Positions 12,675-27,166 of a DNA stretch of 64,000 nucleotides are shown piece by piece (the first letter of the stretch is position 1; the number at the start of each line of letters is the position of its first letter). The notes beneath the pieces are model-generated. The model was not told the DNA's origin and did no database searches. It worked only from the letters and a program-made list of their open reading frames with translations. This DNA is from Eledone cirrhosa (taxonomy: Eukaryota): positions 172,670,001 through 172,734,000 of the forward strand of contig OZ024740.1 in assembly GCA_964016885.1 (NCBI GenBank), given 5' to 3'. The position numbers and the translations under genes were made by a program.

Positions 12675-13775
12675 GATGGCTGCCCCCTCGTTATCGCGCA
12701 TGGCCATTGTATGATATAACATTATTAATAATTATTAATTAATGTTATCGTGCAATGCCTGTGCGTAAAGATTTTTTTAAAGTGAGGACTGTGCACTGAG
12801 CCAATCCCACTCTCTGAGCGACAGTAGCTATAACCAGAAAAGAAGAAAAGATCAACATCATCGGTAACTACTGAGACGAAGATAACTACTGAGCTGTCAG
12901 AGTTATCCCAGTTGCCAGAGTTGCCTTCTCCTTAGAAGAATGCCCTGACAAAGGTTAGGGGTCCTTCACTCCCAGTGGTTTAACCGCGCGATTGCGTATC
13001 CAGCCCGATTATTTCCCCGCGCATATATATACATATGTATACTTGCATATACATATATACATATATATAGATATATACACATGCATATATACACATACAT
13101 ATATACACATACATACATACATACATACATACATACATACATACATACATACATACATACATACATACATACATACATACATACATGCAAACGTACATAC
13201 ATGGATGTATATATGCATGCATTCATTCATACATAGATATATACATACGTACATACATACATGATGGCTGCCCCCTCGATATCGAGTATGGCCATTGCAC
13301 AATTATTAATTAATTCTATCGTGCAATGCCTGTGCGTGAAGATATTTTTTAAAGTGAGGAAAGACTGTGCACTGAGCCAATCCCACTCTCTGAGCGACAG
13401 TAGCTATAACCCGAAAAGAAGAAAAGATTAACATCATCGATAACTACTGAGCCGCAGGTTTTATATCAGAGTTATCCCAGTTTCCTGAGTTGCCTTCTCC
13501 TAGAAGAATGCCCTGACAAAGGCTAGGGGTCCTTCGTTCCCAGTGGTTTAACCGGGCGGTACATGTCTATATACATATTTACACAATTTCTGATGGCCGT
13601 TGACTCTTATGAGTTCTTCCGCCCTTTGTCAGGTTTTGTTTTTTTGTCCTGCAGGGTGTCCAAAATCACCCTCCTCACCAAGTAAACTTGGTGGGGTTGC
13701 CGGTTTAGTCGCCGACGACCCGACCATGCGACAAGTTGTACTGGGTTACATGTTACCAGTAGTACTCAAGAGTGA
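12675..13775 (-). mobile_element. Two further RTE-associated non-autonomous copies (12675-13010; 13262-13775) separated by (CATA)n
   Basis: Shared gatggctgccccctcg.tatcg..tatggccattg end and body. The 5' part matches 29160-29350 and 56845-57040. Confidence 0.75.
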
Positions 13776-14099
13776 CCCGTCATACATACATACATGCAAA
13801 CGTACATACATGGATGTATATATGCATGCATTCATTCATATATAAATATATACATACGTACATACATACATTCACACACATACATAGATACAAACAAACA
13901 TACATACATACATACATACATACATACAAACATACATACATACATACATACATACATACATACATACATACATACATACATACATACATACATACATACA
14001 TACATAACTTGGAAAGTGACATCGAAACAACTTCAACACAAGTAAAATGTCAGCAACTATCAAACCTAGCATTATGGGCAATGAAAAGGATTATTAGGA

Positions 14100-14258
14100 C
14101 GACATGCTTTGCAGCAAAGAGTTACGGCCCTTTGTGGTTTGAGTTCAAATCCCGCTGAGGTTAACTTTGCCTTCCTCCTTACGGGGTCGAGAAAATAAAG
14201 TACCAGTAATACAGTGGGATAATTGCTGGCCTTGTGCCAAAAGTAGAAACAATTATTA
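14100..14258 (+). mobile_element. Meta-like SINE, partial
   Basis: gagttcaaatcccgctgaggttaactttgcc..ggccttgtgccaaaagtagaaacaattatt. Confidence 0.8.
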
Positions 14259-15253
14259 GGATAACTATTAAATTAGAGTAAAAACGAGAAATAAACGCTG
14301 ACAGAGACCCTCTCGCAATAACGTTAGAAAACTCTACACAATGATCTCACAAACAAAAAAATTACCGTTCATCGAGAAGGTTGTACATGGGCCCCTGAGA
14401 CGAAACACGCAGACCATGGAGAGGATAAACCACGCTAATGTCTGACATGGAGTTCCGACATGCTCATAACACCTCACCTTGAAGTATACCGCTATACAGT
14501 CTAGGATCAAGGAATTCCCACCAAGTACCTACTACACAGAATAGGAAAAGTACCAGCTGATAATATATGTAGGCCGTGCGAAACAAGAACCGAAAATGTT
14601 AGCCACATTGTTGCCAGCTTTCATTAACCTTCTCGCGAAGAACAGTCTAAAAGGCATTACGGTAGACGAAAATAAGAACAAATAGGGATGAATATATTGA
14701 GACTGATGGTTGAAAGGAATATTGGTGGAACCTAAAATTAAAAAGCAAAACATCACCAACTTCAAACACAACCGATTTTATATTATTTGGGACAAGAGAT
14801 TGAAAACATGCTCTGTTGATATATACCAAACTATCTGGACCAAAGTATGACTGAAGTTTGATTCTTGGAGAAAGAACGCAGCTTTTTAATTCATAAGCTA
14901 TATATTGCCACGATATCTAGAACCTTCAAAATCTATAAAATATTCATAAGATTCAAGAGTGCACAAGAAGCGATGGGAATTTCCTTTTCGTTACAACCTT
15001 GCCGCCTGGAAGGTGGCTGGGGAAAAAGTAAATTCGAAATTTAGAAAAAGAGACAAACGTACATATAAAAAGAAATATACGTACAGAGAGAGAGAGGGGG
15101 GGGGGGAGAAGTATACGAAAAGAGAGGTGGGGAGAATAAAGTAAGTGTGAGAGAGAGTGAAGGGGTTAGATAGATATGTTGGAAGGTAGTTAGGTTGACA
15201 GGTAGATAGTACGATCGGTAGGTGGGTAGCTAGCTAGATAGATAGATAGAGAA

Positions 15254-15359
<106 letters not shown>

Positions 15360-16304
15360 TAATAAATAGATACCGAACCCCCTGAAATTCACTCACACAA
15401 TCATCTAGTATTGATAAACGAGAAAAATTGAAGTACACATGGGAAAGAAAGCTCTATTATTTTGACCCGACGGGTCTACCGTAGTTGTTAATAATTTCTT
15501 GGCAAACGACTAACAGGCCAAGGCTATACGCATTAATATCTCTATTGATCCGGTAACAATTCGCCATGGCGGCAGCGCATCCAGACCAAGCCAGTGCTGG
15601 AGTTACCTCCCTTGGGAAATTACTGCTTGCTCTTCACGAAAAGTTCCCCCGACCCCAGTCGTAAGAAATGAAGATGGCTTGGGTTGTCACTTTAATCTTC
15701 ACACGTCTAAGAAATGCGCTGAGTGACAGCGTGTCGTAAGAGTAATGAGAGGGACACGAAAGGTGAAGTGGATTTCGGCTCACAGACTTTATTGTATGCT
15801 AGTTGACGAGGTTATATATAAATGCAAACGCACACATGTAAAAGGCTTGTGTTGCGCATACACATATATCTATATGTCCACAACTCCAAACAGCCCACAC
15901 ATCCATACAAACATCATATGCAGTGTCCATTGTGTGTGTGTGTGTGTGTGTTACTGGTTTACATTGTTGATACTTGCTAAACTTCATATTCCTGCAAGAG
16001 AAAGGCCCATTGTTTTTACTCTGATCAAAGCATAACTGTAGGAGGGAATTAACAGATACTATAGCTAGGTATGCACATAGCAATAACCAAGCATGACTAA
16101 TAGAAATCAAATATCTTTAAATATGTTCTTATGTCTATTATGATGCATACATTTAAATATACTTCATATATGTTTCACTAAGTTAACATTTTCAATTAAT
16201 TTTCGATTTTGTGTGATAAGAAAGTTTCTTTGAAGCGTAAAACTGGAAATTGTTTCATTAAAAGAATTTTCGATTATATCTTCGATCTAGATAGATAGAT
16301 ACGT

Positions 16305-17197
16305 TTCTTTATTAGACACAGGGGCACAAAAGAAGGGGAGAAATACAAAGGGGGAAGTTTACATACAATAAAAACGTGTAAAATATTATCACAAATGCAA
16401 TTTAAAAGTTAATCGATTTTCCCCAATAGAGGGAGACATTTCATATGGGTAACACATACCCTCGAAAAAATGTGCAACCCTCATCTCCAGGAGTACGAAG
16501 AGTTTGTACCCCTTTCCTCTCTTCCTCTTTTTCCTTAACCTACAGGCTGATATAGAGAGAAGGCCCATTCACTCGGGCCATTCTCGCCACTTACACCCAC
16601 CTTTCATAAAACTTGCTGGGGTACAGCACCTCTCTCTCCATCCTGATTCTTCTTCCAAATTGGTATTTGAAAAAAAGAATCAGTTGTCTGACCTCATCCC
16701 TGTTAACCTCGTCCACCATACAACCTCTTTCGCCATAGCTATCACACAAAGGAAAACCGCCTCTCCTTCGTTTTTGAAGGAGGGTGGCGGTTTGATCATA
16801 ACAATGGACTCTGTGGTCAACCGGATTGATCCCACCCGCGACAATAGTCGTTCTACATAGCCCCACAGATCGGTAACGTCCGGGCAGTGTAGGAATGCGT
16901 GCGCGACGGTTTCTTCGTCTCGCACGCATCTCGGACAGATCTTTTTCGAAGGGCCCCTGCCCGGGCGCCCATCTCTGTAGAGCTTGTCTTGAACTGGTAG
17001 AGCTCCTCGGTAGCACTGCCAGCCCAGGGACTTTTGGAAGTTGTCCATCGGTCCCGGGCTGAAGGTCCTGCCGAACAGACTGGCCAGTTCGTCTTCCTCT
17101 ACGCCTAAAGCTTCTCCGAGCGCGTCGTCGCACTTGCTGCGGATCAACCCTCTATAGAATGACGAAGTGGAGTCTCCACTGATCGCCGGGTCCGCAG
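16305..17197 (-). mobile_element. Tx1/L1-clade LINE, 5'-truncated 3' end (zf-RVT-like region plus 3'UTR)
   Basis: CPRCVRDEETVAHAFLHC Cys/His motif; closely similar to 49660-50570; ends in (ATCT)n. Confidence 0.9.
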
Positions 17198-17469
17198 GTG
17201 GGCTGCAGTAAAGGTAGAGTTGATTTAATCAAACGGCTTGTACTTGGCTGTTACTTTATTATCTCGACCTCCAGTAGGAGGAATATCAAAGTTGACACCA
17301 GTGAGATTTAAACTTAGTATATATAAGACCATGAGAATATCTAAGATAAATTCAATATAAGTAGATGTAAATACATGGTGGTAGACATAGTCAAAGGAGA
17401 GGACGGAAAGAAACTAATCTCCTGGTTTGCTACCTTGCTCTTTCTGAATTTAAATATTTTTGGAGCTAT

Positions 17470-17665
17470 AAGATACCAGGTGGACCATAACGCACAAGAG
17501 TACTCGATACATAGGGTAGTAGAGTGGGTAATAGGAAAAGAATCAGGACCCCGACGGCTGAACTCCGGCCGTTTCGAGACAGCTAGATCCGAACTTGGTG
17601 GCTTAGTTCGGATCTAGCTGTCGAAACGGCTGGAGCTCAGCCCTCCGGGTCCTGACTCTTTTCAT
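17470..17665. mobile_element. Family B-related fragment with terminal hairpin
   Basis: gaaaagaatcaggacc..gtttcg..acagctagatccgaac ttggtggctta gttcggatctagctgtcgaaac..ggtcctgactcttttc+(TA)n. Confidence 0.7.
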
Positions 17666-17685
17666 ATATATATATATATATATAT

Positions 17686-17910
17686 ACTATAGAGTAAAGC
17701 ATGTCCAGAGAATTATTTGATAATATATATACATCATCTCTACTCCCAATCAGCATAATTAACCACACAAAAAATCAATTAGACCAGGCTATAAGAATAA
17801 AAGCATCTATGAAGAAACAGTAAATAAATACGCTATCGTGGCATCTTCGCGTGCAACCGCTATAGAATATTTACCCAACATTTCAACAGCACGTGGAAAT
17901 TAATTAAATA
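17686..17910 (+). repeat. ~220-bp segment, inverted copy of 20052-20277
   Basis: tactatagagtaaagcatgtccagag..gcacgtggaaattaattaaata is the reverse complement of 20052-20277. Confidence 0.9.
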
Positions 17911-17929
17911 CACGGTCAACCATACATAA

Positions 17930-18200
17930 TTTACAGTGTGTGATGGGTGTTTTTGTTGTGACACCTACATGACCACTTTACAGTGTGTGTTGGGTGCTTT
18001 TGTTGTGACACCTACATGACCACTTTACAGTGAGTGCTGGGTGATTTTGTTGTGACCCCTACATGACCACTTTACAGTGAGTACTGGGTGTTTTTGTGAC
18101 ACCTACAGGACCACTTTACAGTGTGGAATGGGTGTTTTTGTTGTTACACCTACAAAACCCCTTTACAGTGAGTACTGAATGTTTTTGTTGTGTCCTGTTA
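17930..18200 (+). repeat. 47-bp minisatellite, ~6 copies
   Basis: Unit tttacagtgtgtg.tgggtg.ttttgttgtgacacctacatgaccac. Confidence 0.9.
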
Positions 18201-18269
18201 TTTTTATATAAAGACATTTTTCCAATTACAACCCGCCCGTCCCCTCAATCTATCTTATTTTTCATTCTT

Positions 18270-18305
18270 TCTTCTGATGAAGAACTAGCGACCGAAACGT
18301 TAAGA
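18270..18305 (+). ncRNA. Minimal PLE-type hammerhead, stem II decayed
   Basis: TCTT-CTGATGA-AGAACTAGCGACC-GAAACGTTA-AGA, with palindromic AACGTT in stem III. Confidence 0.6.
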
Positions 18306-18423
18306 CCCTCTTCCTGCTATATCAAGCGTTAACCTGATATATCCCTTCCATATACTGTACCGATTGTGTTGTTATTTTTGTTTACCTTTTACATACATCT
18401 CTCTCTCTCTCTCTTTCTATCTA

Positions 18424-18456
<33 letters not shown>

Positions 18457-18457
<1 letters not shown>

Positions 18458-20050
18458 ACGAAGGAAATGTGGTAAGGAACCAGATGGACCATAACGCACC
18501 AAAGTACTCAATACTTAGGGTAGTAGAGTGGGTAATAGGAACAAATATGACCCCGACGGCAGAGCTCAAGCCGTTTCGACGGCTAATTCTGGACAAATAA
18601 GAATTTTTAGCCTGGTAAATAAATAGCCGAACTTCTCAGGGGGTAATTCCTTATATTTGAAGATAGTAATTGTCAAAAGGATTGGTAAAAAATTTGTTGT
18701 AAAGACAGATGATTCTATCATGGCATTTGGTGGGAGGTAGGGGTAGCTGAACTTGCCTGTAGAACAAAGAGGGAGTGGGGGAAACCCAGTCAAGCATTGA
18801 AAGTGAAATCTATACAGCAGATTCTAAGGTCGAAAGAAGTGTACTGGAGAATGGGAGGGGGCGGCTTGAAAGAATGGGTAAATCGAAAGGGAGTAAACAA
18901 AAAAAAAAACATTATAAAAATAAGGAAATAAATATATCATCTGTCTTTACAATATCATCTGTCTTTACAACAAATTTTGATCAATCCTTTTGACAATTAC
19001 TATTTTCCCTTATAAGGAATTACCCCCTGAGAAGTTCGGCTATTTATTTACCAGGCTAAACATTCTTATTTAGTCCAGAATTAGCCGTAGAAACGGCTTG
19101 AGCTCTGCCGTCGGGGTCATACTTGTTCCTATTACCCACTCTACTACTCTAAGTATTGAGTACTTTGGTGAGTTATGGTCCATCTGGTTCCTTACCACAT
19201 TTCCTTCGTTATCTAGCTCCTATCTTCGTAGTAGAGCACTTTCCGACCCTACCACGCCTTATCCAGACTTTTCCGCCAAGCTCAAGTTTTTTCACCCGCA
19301 CCATCCGAAAACACAACATTGACTTCTCCACCAAGAACATCCCAGTTCCACCGAGAAAACTTTACCTTCGGATGCTCACGCAAAAAATCGACCTATTTGC
19401 GAAAAGACTAAGATCGAGACCTTTTTTTCTACGACAGATATTGCGACAATCAGGACTTCGATACCAAGGAGTGATTCGGATTTAATACCTACAAATCTCC
19501 CCCTCTGAACCCTATGCTCTCACCCTTCGAGAATGACCTTTTCCAACTGGTCAAGAGCATAAAATTCAAACCCAGACACAACAGATTCCTACAAAAACTC
19601 CGTAGCAAATTAACAGAGTATGAAAACACCAACGACATCATGGTGCACTCGGACAAAACTGGAAACCTCTACTTCGTCAACCCCGACAGATACCACACAC
19701 TGATCAGGAGCAGCCCAAACTCCACCTATAAAAAGGCTAACCATTCAAGTATCGAGGACATAAATCGAAATGGACAACAAATTACCTCCAGCCTCGGGGT
19801 CGCCGACGGCACTGAACCCCTAGACCCACGGACTGCCTACTTCACACTGAAGGACCACAAATCCGACTTCGACCGTAAACCATACATCAGGCTTATAAAC
19901 CCACTGAAGTCCGACATAGGGAGAATCAGTAAAAAAATCCTAGACCGCGTTATACCAAAAGTTAAGGAAACGCGAGACTTAGCCTATGGGTCAACACGCA
20001 GGAAGTAATCTCATGGTTCAGCAATATGGAGGCCAAACGAAACACAAAAT
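18457..20050 (+). mobile_element. Naiad/Chlamys-like Penelope element: inverted pseudo-LTR pair followed by the 5' part of the RT ORF
   Basis: 18457-18720 is inverted relative to 18955-19212. Peptides IDFSTKNIPVP, FENDL..LVKSIKF, SDKTGNLY, YFTLKDHK..RLINP.KSDIGRISKKILD (19156-20008) match the N-terminal RT motifs of Naiad-type PLEs; frameshifted. Confidence 0.85.
19022..19117 (+). ncRNA. Large type I hammerhead-like fold with variant core CUGAGAA (minus-strand copy at ~18550-18645)
   Basis: ACCCC-CTGAGAA-G..CGGCTA..TAGCCG..GAAAC-GGC-TTGAGCTCT-GCC-GTC-GGGGT. Stem I is 5 bp, stem III is 5 bp, and the triplet is GUC. Confidence 0.7.
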
Positions 20051-20375
20051 TATTTAATTAATTTCCACGTGCTGTTGAAATGTTGGGTAAATATTCTATA
20101 GCGGTTGCACGCGAAGATGCCACGATAGCGTATTTATTTACTGTTTCTTCATAGATGCCTTTTATTCTTATAGCCTGGTCTAATTGATTTTTTGTGTGGT
20201 TAATTATGCTGATTGGGAGTAGAGATGATGTATATATATTATCAAATAATTCTCTGGACATGCTTTACTCTATAGTATTTCGCTCTGATTAATTTATTAA
20301 TTCTCCATTGAGCCACATCGTGAAAAGTTGCAAAAACACATATATACCTGTGACTTTGTTTAATTGGTGTATGTG

Positions 20376-20410
<35 letters not shown>

Positions 20411-20465
20411 GGAAAAAATGAAACGAAATTTCATTTCTCACTCTTAGTACGGCTGTTACTTAAAT

Positions 20466-21051
20466 ATAAGTATGTATACGTACATACATATATGTATACA
20501 GACGTACAGTAGTATGTATATATATATACATACATGCACACATATATATATGTACGTATGGATTCATCGAACATTTATTATAATGCTCGGTGTGTTTGTA
20601 AACAAACATCCCGAATTAAGCCGTACAGTGACTAGCAACCATCGTTGCTCATTTGTTCAACACTGACAAAGGAACGCTGTACTAGTTTCAAGCTTATTAG
20701 CTATCGTCAGCAACGTATACCTTCCTGCCAGATGATTGAACGTCTGAAAGTATATGCATAAGGAAAGTATATACTTTCAGACATTCAATCATCTGGCAGT
20801 AAAGTATACGTTGCTGACGATAGCTAATAAGCTTGAAACTAGTACAGCGTTCCTTTGGGTTGAACAAATGACCAACGATTGTTGCTAGACACTGTACGGC
20901 TTAATACGGGATGTTTGTTTACAAACACACCGAGCATTATAATAAATGTTCGGTGAATCCATACGTACATATATATATGTGTGCATGTATGTATATATAT
21001 ATACATACTACTGTACGTCTGTATACATATATGTATGTACGTATACATACT

Positions 21052-21055
<4 letters not shown>
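20466..21055. mobile_element. ~590-bp foldback element (two ~290-bp inverted arms) with an HHR in each arm
   Basis: Arms ~20466-20755 and ~20768-21055, short spacer, (TA)n at the right end. Confidence 0.85.
20809..20849 (+). ncRNA. Minimal type I hammerhead (identical minus-strand copy at 20675-20715)
   Basis: CGTTG-CTGACGA-T-AGCT-AATA-AGCT-T-GAAAC-TA-GTA-CAGCG. Stem I has 5 bp including one G.U, stem III is the palindrome ACTAGT, and the triplet is GUA. Confidence 0.88.
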
Positions 21056-21084
<29 letters not shown>

Positions 21085-21105
21085 ATAATATATATATATA
21101 TTTAT

Positions 21106-21195
<90 letters not shown>

Positions 21196-21200
<5 letters not shown>

Positions 21201-21340
21201 CAATACTTAGGGTAGTAGAGTGGGTAATAGGAAAATGTATGACTCCGAGGGCAGAGCTCAAGCCGTTTCGACGGCTATTTCTGGACTGAAATAGCCGTCG
21301 AAACGGCTTGAGCTCTGCCGGCGGGGTCATACATTTTCCT
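21196..21340. mobile_element. Family B fragment, palindromic, in (TA)n
   Basis: ggcagagctcaagccgtttcgacggctatttc tggact gaaatagccgtcgaaacggcttgagctctgcc. Confidence 0.8.
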
Positions 21341-21794
21341 ATATATATATATATATATATATGCGCGTGTATCTATGTGTGTGTGTGTGTGTGTAGGGTC
21401 CATGTTTTTGTAAGGAAAAGAGATCGCTAGCATATGTATCAGAATAGAAAAAATAATATTGAGATCGACATGATTGACTAAATTTCTTGAAAGTGCGGCC
21501 ACACCATACCCGAAACCCGGTGACTAAAACCAGTAAAAGAATAAAAGAATAAACTTTACACATCATACTTGATTTGAACTAAAAGAAAAATGTACGTTAT
21601 GTTAATATGAGCAAGCGCGGCGTTTACGTGCGTCAACTGGGACTTATTAGAATCTTATCATTAAATTTATGCTATCTATTATGATCTTGCAAATCTTAAA
21701 CAACTACTTAAACATCATTTTAAGCAAACACGCGCGGGGCTCCTCTCTGTCGCAAAGCCTAATGTATACTACACAAACACAAACACGCACACGC

Positions 21795-21909
<115 letters not shown>

Positions 21910-21910
21910 T

Positions 21911-21983
<73 letters not shown>

Positions 21984-22949
21984 CATATGTATATATAAAA
22001 ACAAATACGCGTGTGTGTGTGTGTGAGAGTCTGTGTGTATGTTTGTGTGTGTGCTTGTGTGTGTGTCTGTGTCTGTGCGTGTGCACAGTTCCCCACACTT
22101 ACCAATAATACTAAGTTGATCTGCTAATGTGATATGAGATCTTGTACCATGTCTTCCCCAGGGCCTTGTTATGCTATAAGCTCCTCCTCCTCCACCACTA
22201 CCATCACCACCACCACAACAACCCGAATCATTTCCTTCCTCTTTAGTCTTCTTCTCCCATCTCTCATCTTAGCTCACCTTTCAGGTAAATCATGTGACCT
22301 GCCTTCTCTTTTACTTTTCTTTAGTCTTTTTGTTTTTGCATTTTGTATAATTTTCTTTGAAGTCATGAATAATAAAACAAAGTAAAGGAAGATACTCAAC
22401 ACAAAAGAACACCATCATCATCATCACTAAAAACAACAATAACAACAGAAACAATTATAATAAACAACAGCTACACCAAGAACACAGAAGACAGAAGGAA
22501 AAGCGACGTTGTTCACCAAATGAGTCCAACTAGCTCATCCCTACTTTTGAGTGGAATCTGTCACCCATCCCCTGTCAGTTTTTGTTGTAACCACATTCAG
22601 AACTCACAGATGTAAATTGTCAAAGATCCAAAGCTAATGAGAAAGCTTGTCGCTTCCTCTGCTAGAAATAGCCGATTAGTAGGAATAGCCGATTAGTCCT
22701 CAAATTGCATCCCATCGGCTTAAATGAGGAAAGGACACATTAAATAACCTAATTCTACATACACATGAAACAGAACGAATTAAGCTCAGTTTGCGTACTC
22801 GTGCAGCACCAAGGAAGAAGCAGACATTGGATTGGAATACCCTGAAAAGTGATACAGATCTACAGCAAATGTATAGCATTACGATGAAAAACCGATATGC
22901 TGCACTGCAAAGTGGATCGGAACCAAAACGGGTCTTTACTAACATTTAA

Positions 22950-24110
22950 TTACAGGAAAGGCTGCTGGTCCTGACAGAATTCCCTCTGAGGTTATGAAAA
23001 GATGCAATCTGGACGACACAATAATGGATTTTGCAAAGAGCCTCTTGCAAAACCATGAATGTCCTAATCAGTGGTGCGAGAATGATTTTATAACAATTCC
23101 AAAGTCAGGAAACCTCAGCAACGAAACCAACTATAGAGGAATAGCACTGTCCAAGATCTCACTCAAGGTCATCAACAGTATGATTCTCAACAGGATTCAA
23201 CAAGTACTCGATAGCCACATGAGATCAAACCAAAATGGATTTAGACCTGTGTGATCAATATTACAGATCTTAGCTCTGCGGGGAATCATGGAAGGTGTTA
23301 AATCAAGACAACTTCATGTCATCATCACATTTGATAGCATTCATTGTGGCAAGATGATGAAGATTCTGTGAGCCTTTCGCATCTCTGAAGAACTAGTTCT
23401 TGCCACTGCAAAGACCTATGAGGTCGTGCGTTGTCGTCTGACAGAGAAACAGAATTCTTCCGAATTGGGGCTTGGATGCTACAAGGAGACACTCTTGCAC
23501 CTTACCTGTTTTCCATTGTCTTGGATTATGCAATGCGACAGGCTATAGACAATAGGCTAGAAAGGCTTTGTTTCACTATTAACTGACAGAGATCTCCGAG
23601 ACTACCAGCAGTAACCATCACAGACCTGGACTTTGATAATCATATAGCGCTGTTGTCAATCAATCGAGCACAGGAGCTGATAAGAAGTGTAGAAACATCA
23701 TCTGCTAAAATTGGACTGCATACATATATAAAAAATGAACATATGACCTTCAGCCAATGGAGTAACACCGAACTGTTTTCATTGAGCTGTTCATAATTGA
23801 ATTTGTTAAAGTCTTTAAGTATTTAGGTACTTGTGTGAACAGTCTTGAAGCAAACATCAAAGTGAGGAAGATGCAAGCATGGACAGACTGTCACAAACTA
23901 AATAAAATCTGGCACTCCAAATTGTTTAGAATGATCAAAATCAAACTGTTCCCCAATCCATACTTTTGTATTGCTGTGAAACATGGACGCTGACTGAGAA
24001 GTTAGCAAGCGAGCTAAACGGCTGTTTTCAGAAGGATGCTACGAATGGCCCTTAATATGAAATAGCAGCAACATATGACAAATAAATGCCTTTATGGAGA
24101 CTTGCCAAAA
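22950..24110 (+). mobile_element. Decayed RTE-clade LINE RT fragment
   Basis: GKAAGPDRIPSEV, IPKSGNLS..TNYRGIAL, NQNGFRP, LQGDTLAPYLF and FKYLG-like motifs, with many stops and frameshifts. Confidence 0.85.
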
Positions 24111-25069
24111 GTCATTCATTCAGTTCATCTCGCGTATATTTGTGCAACCATGTTCTCGATTAGTTGCGTGATCTTCAATATCTTTCCAGTGTCTGTCGAT
24201 AGCATTCAGATTTTCCTGAAAGATTTAATGCCTGCCATGTGGTCCGTGGCCTTCCTCGCCTCTCCCACTCCTCTTGATTGTGTTCAGCTTTTTTTTAATA
24301 TCAATGATCTGGCTGTCAGAGGATGTAGCCAGCCAGTTGCATTTTTCGTTGCGTTACCATGTCTTGGTGTCTTCGCAATGATACAATTTTAAACATTTCT
24401 TCGTTTTTAATATGATCGTGGAAGAAAATCCTCGGTGTGATGGGAGGAAGCGGATGGCATGTCTTTGATCATAGGTATACTCCTTCTGGTTTGATCTGGA
24501 ACTAAATAAAAACAACTCCTAATACTTGTCCACGCGAGCCAAAGAGGGAAAGTCTGTATGTAGACATTCGACCTGCTAGAAATCAAAGCCGAATTTCGCT
24601 CAAATCATACTCTGCTATATTAAAAAGGAAAAGAAACGAAGATGTATCCAGGACAAACAATGTAGACCTGTATATATTTTTTATTCATATATCTCCATTC
24701 CGTGCTGTACTGCACATTGATCAGTGTTTGGAAGGCCCTTGTAATATTTTATTTTAATTTTTATGCGATGCGATGCGTAATCGATCAGCACTTCCTCCTT
24801 TCTGGAAAAAAAAGACGTTGTGAGTGGTTCCCCCGGATCCTTCTCACAGCCCAATATAGCCGATTCCGAGAGTGTAGAAAGGAAAAGAAGAATTGACCAA
24901 ACTTTGCCTTTCATTCTTTCGGGATGGAAATCAGAACTCTGAAAGACAGAACAAATTCCACAAGACATTTTATTTGACGTTTTATCGATTCTGCTAATGC
25001 GCCACCTTGACCTATTTATACTATACCTATACATACATATATATATATATATTTATATATAAATAAATA

Positions 25070-25382
<313 letters not shown>

Positions 25383-26810
25383 CTAGCGGGGCCCTCCGGC
25401 TGGCGTCCGGCTTGGTATACCGGCATTTTATCTGTTTAGGATACACCCCTCCACTCCAGTGCAAAGATACCGCACGCCCTCTCAAATCTGCGGGGTTGGG
25501 ATGGGGGGTTGGTGGGGGTTGACGTGCTCTGATGTTGGGTTTGAATAGTTTTTAGGATTCCCCAGTTCAGCAGCCAGTACGTTAAAGAAAATTGATAGTT
25601 ACAACAATAAAGGCTGAACAGAGAACACATTTTTTAACAAACAATAATTTGTACAACCATAATGGAAATTCCAAGTAACAGAAAATATTTAAATTACATT
25701 GTTAGAGCCTCAGAGTATACAATATTTTTTGTACGGCCCTCCGGAGCAAAGATGAAGAGATTATTTGGTGAGCTCACCCTAGAGGATCCTACATACAATT
25801 GACCATGGGAGAAGCACTGATCTCGTAGCTTGTCTTGCGGAGAAGCTCTGTAGACGTTGCCCTCTGGACACTCCTGTCAGGAGCAGGTAAACTGTAGTGA
25901 CTTAGAGGCCTACCATCAAACTCCAGGACACTGTTTTCAAGACAAATGAGCGCCTCATTGAAAACGACATCGTATGTTACGTTCGGATTGTGTCTGCGTG
26001 TGCGGTGGAGGTTGTCCTCAGCTAGACTTTCGCGGTGGTTGTTCCACAGTGCAAGAGGTTCGGCGAGATCGCAGTTGTACAGCACAATAGCAAAAAGTTT
26101 TCTCATCTGAGAAGGGACTTTAGCAGTTGCTGCTTCTGGCAGGGTGAGGTGCCAATGGCTGCCATCGTGTAACATACTACGCATCTGGCAAGCCAAACGG
26201 TAAGTGGAACATTGATGGCCATTGATGCTTCTCAGATCTTGGAAAGACTGTGGTCCTCTAGCCTCGAACAGGTCCTCTAGCCATCTGTGCTTTCGTGAAA
26301 TAAATAGGTTTTAGTTTTTGTGTATGCAAAAATATCTGTACACGAATATATATATTAAAATAACAGATTAAAGTTTAAGCAAAGGCTTTCACCCTTAACG
26401 GGATCTTCTGAAACTAAAAAAAGATCAATCTGTGAACGCAGAAGTAAATATTTTTCGGAAAACGTTATCTAATGCAGACAGCCAGACATACAGAGACATA
26501 TTATAAGGGCGCTACGTTATAGCTATGTATCTATCTAAAAAGACAGACTAAGTAAAAGAGGGGAATGTTGTGCAAGGTCACAAGAAAAAGTGAGGAATGT
26601 TGTATAACCGGAAGTGATGACATTTGAAATTTTAAAGAAGTGAATATTTAAATAATGTCTTTAATCTTTTAACAAAAATCAGTAGACAAAAATACCCTCA
26701 CTTTTTTTACTTGGAAAAAGTTACATCTATGGTGCAAATTTGGTGCTGTTTGGTCCAGCCGTTTGGCCGAAAGTTTGTTACCTACATATGGCCGCCAGCT
26801 TTATATTATA
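25383..26810 (-). mobile_element. Internally deleted Helitron with Rep/Hel fragments (5' boundary uncertain)
   Basis: RGPQSFQDLRSING..TYRLACQ..LHD..HW..TL.EA..PSQMRKLFA (RepHel linker) is fused to YVGSSRVSSP..TKNIVYSEAL (helicase C-terminus). The 3' end is a GC hairpin plus CTAG|T at 25383. Confidence 0.85.
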
Positions 26811-26824
26811 TATATATATATATA

Positions 26825-27166
<342 letters not shown>

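Noticed and set aside
17930-18200. Regular repeats resembling a CRISPR array
   Set aside because: The units are head-to-tail with no unique spacers and no cas genes, in a eukaryotic context.
20266-20332. Minus-strand HHR-like segment (..GGCTC..GAGC-GAAA-TACTATA-GAGT)
   Set aside because: The 5' core does not match CUGANGA, so it is too degenerate to call.
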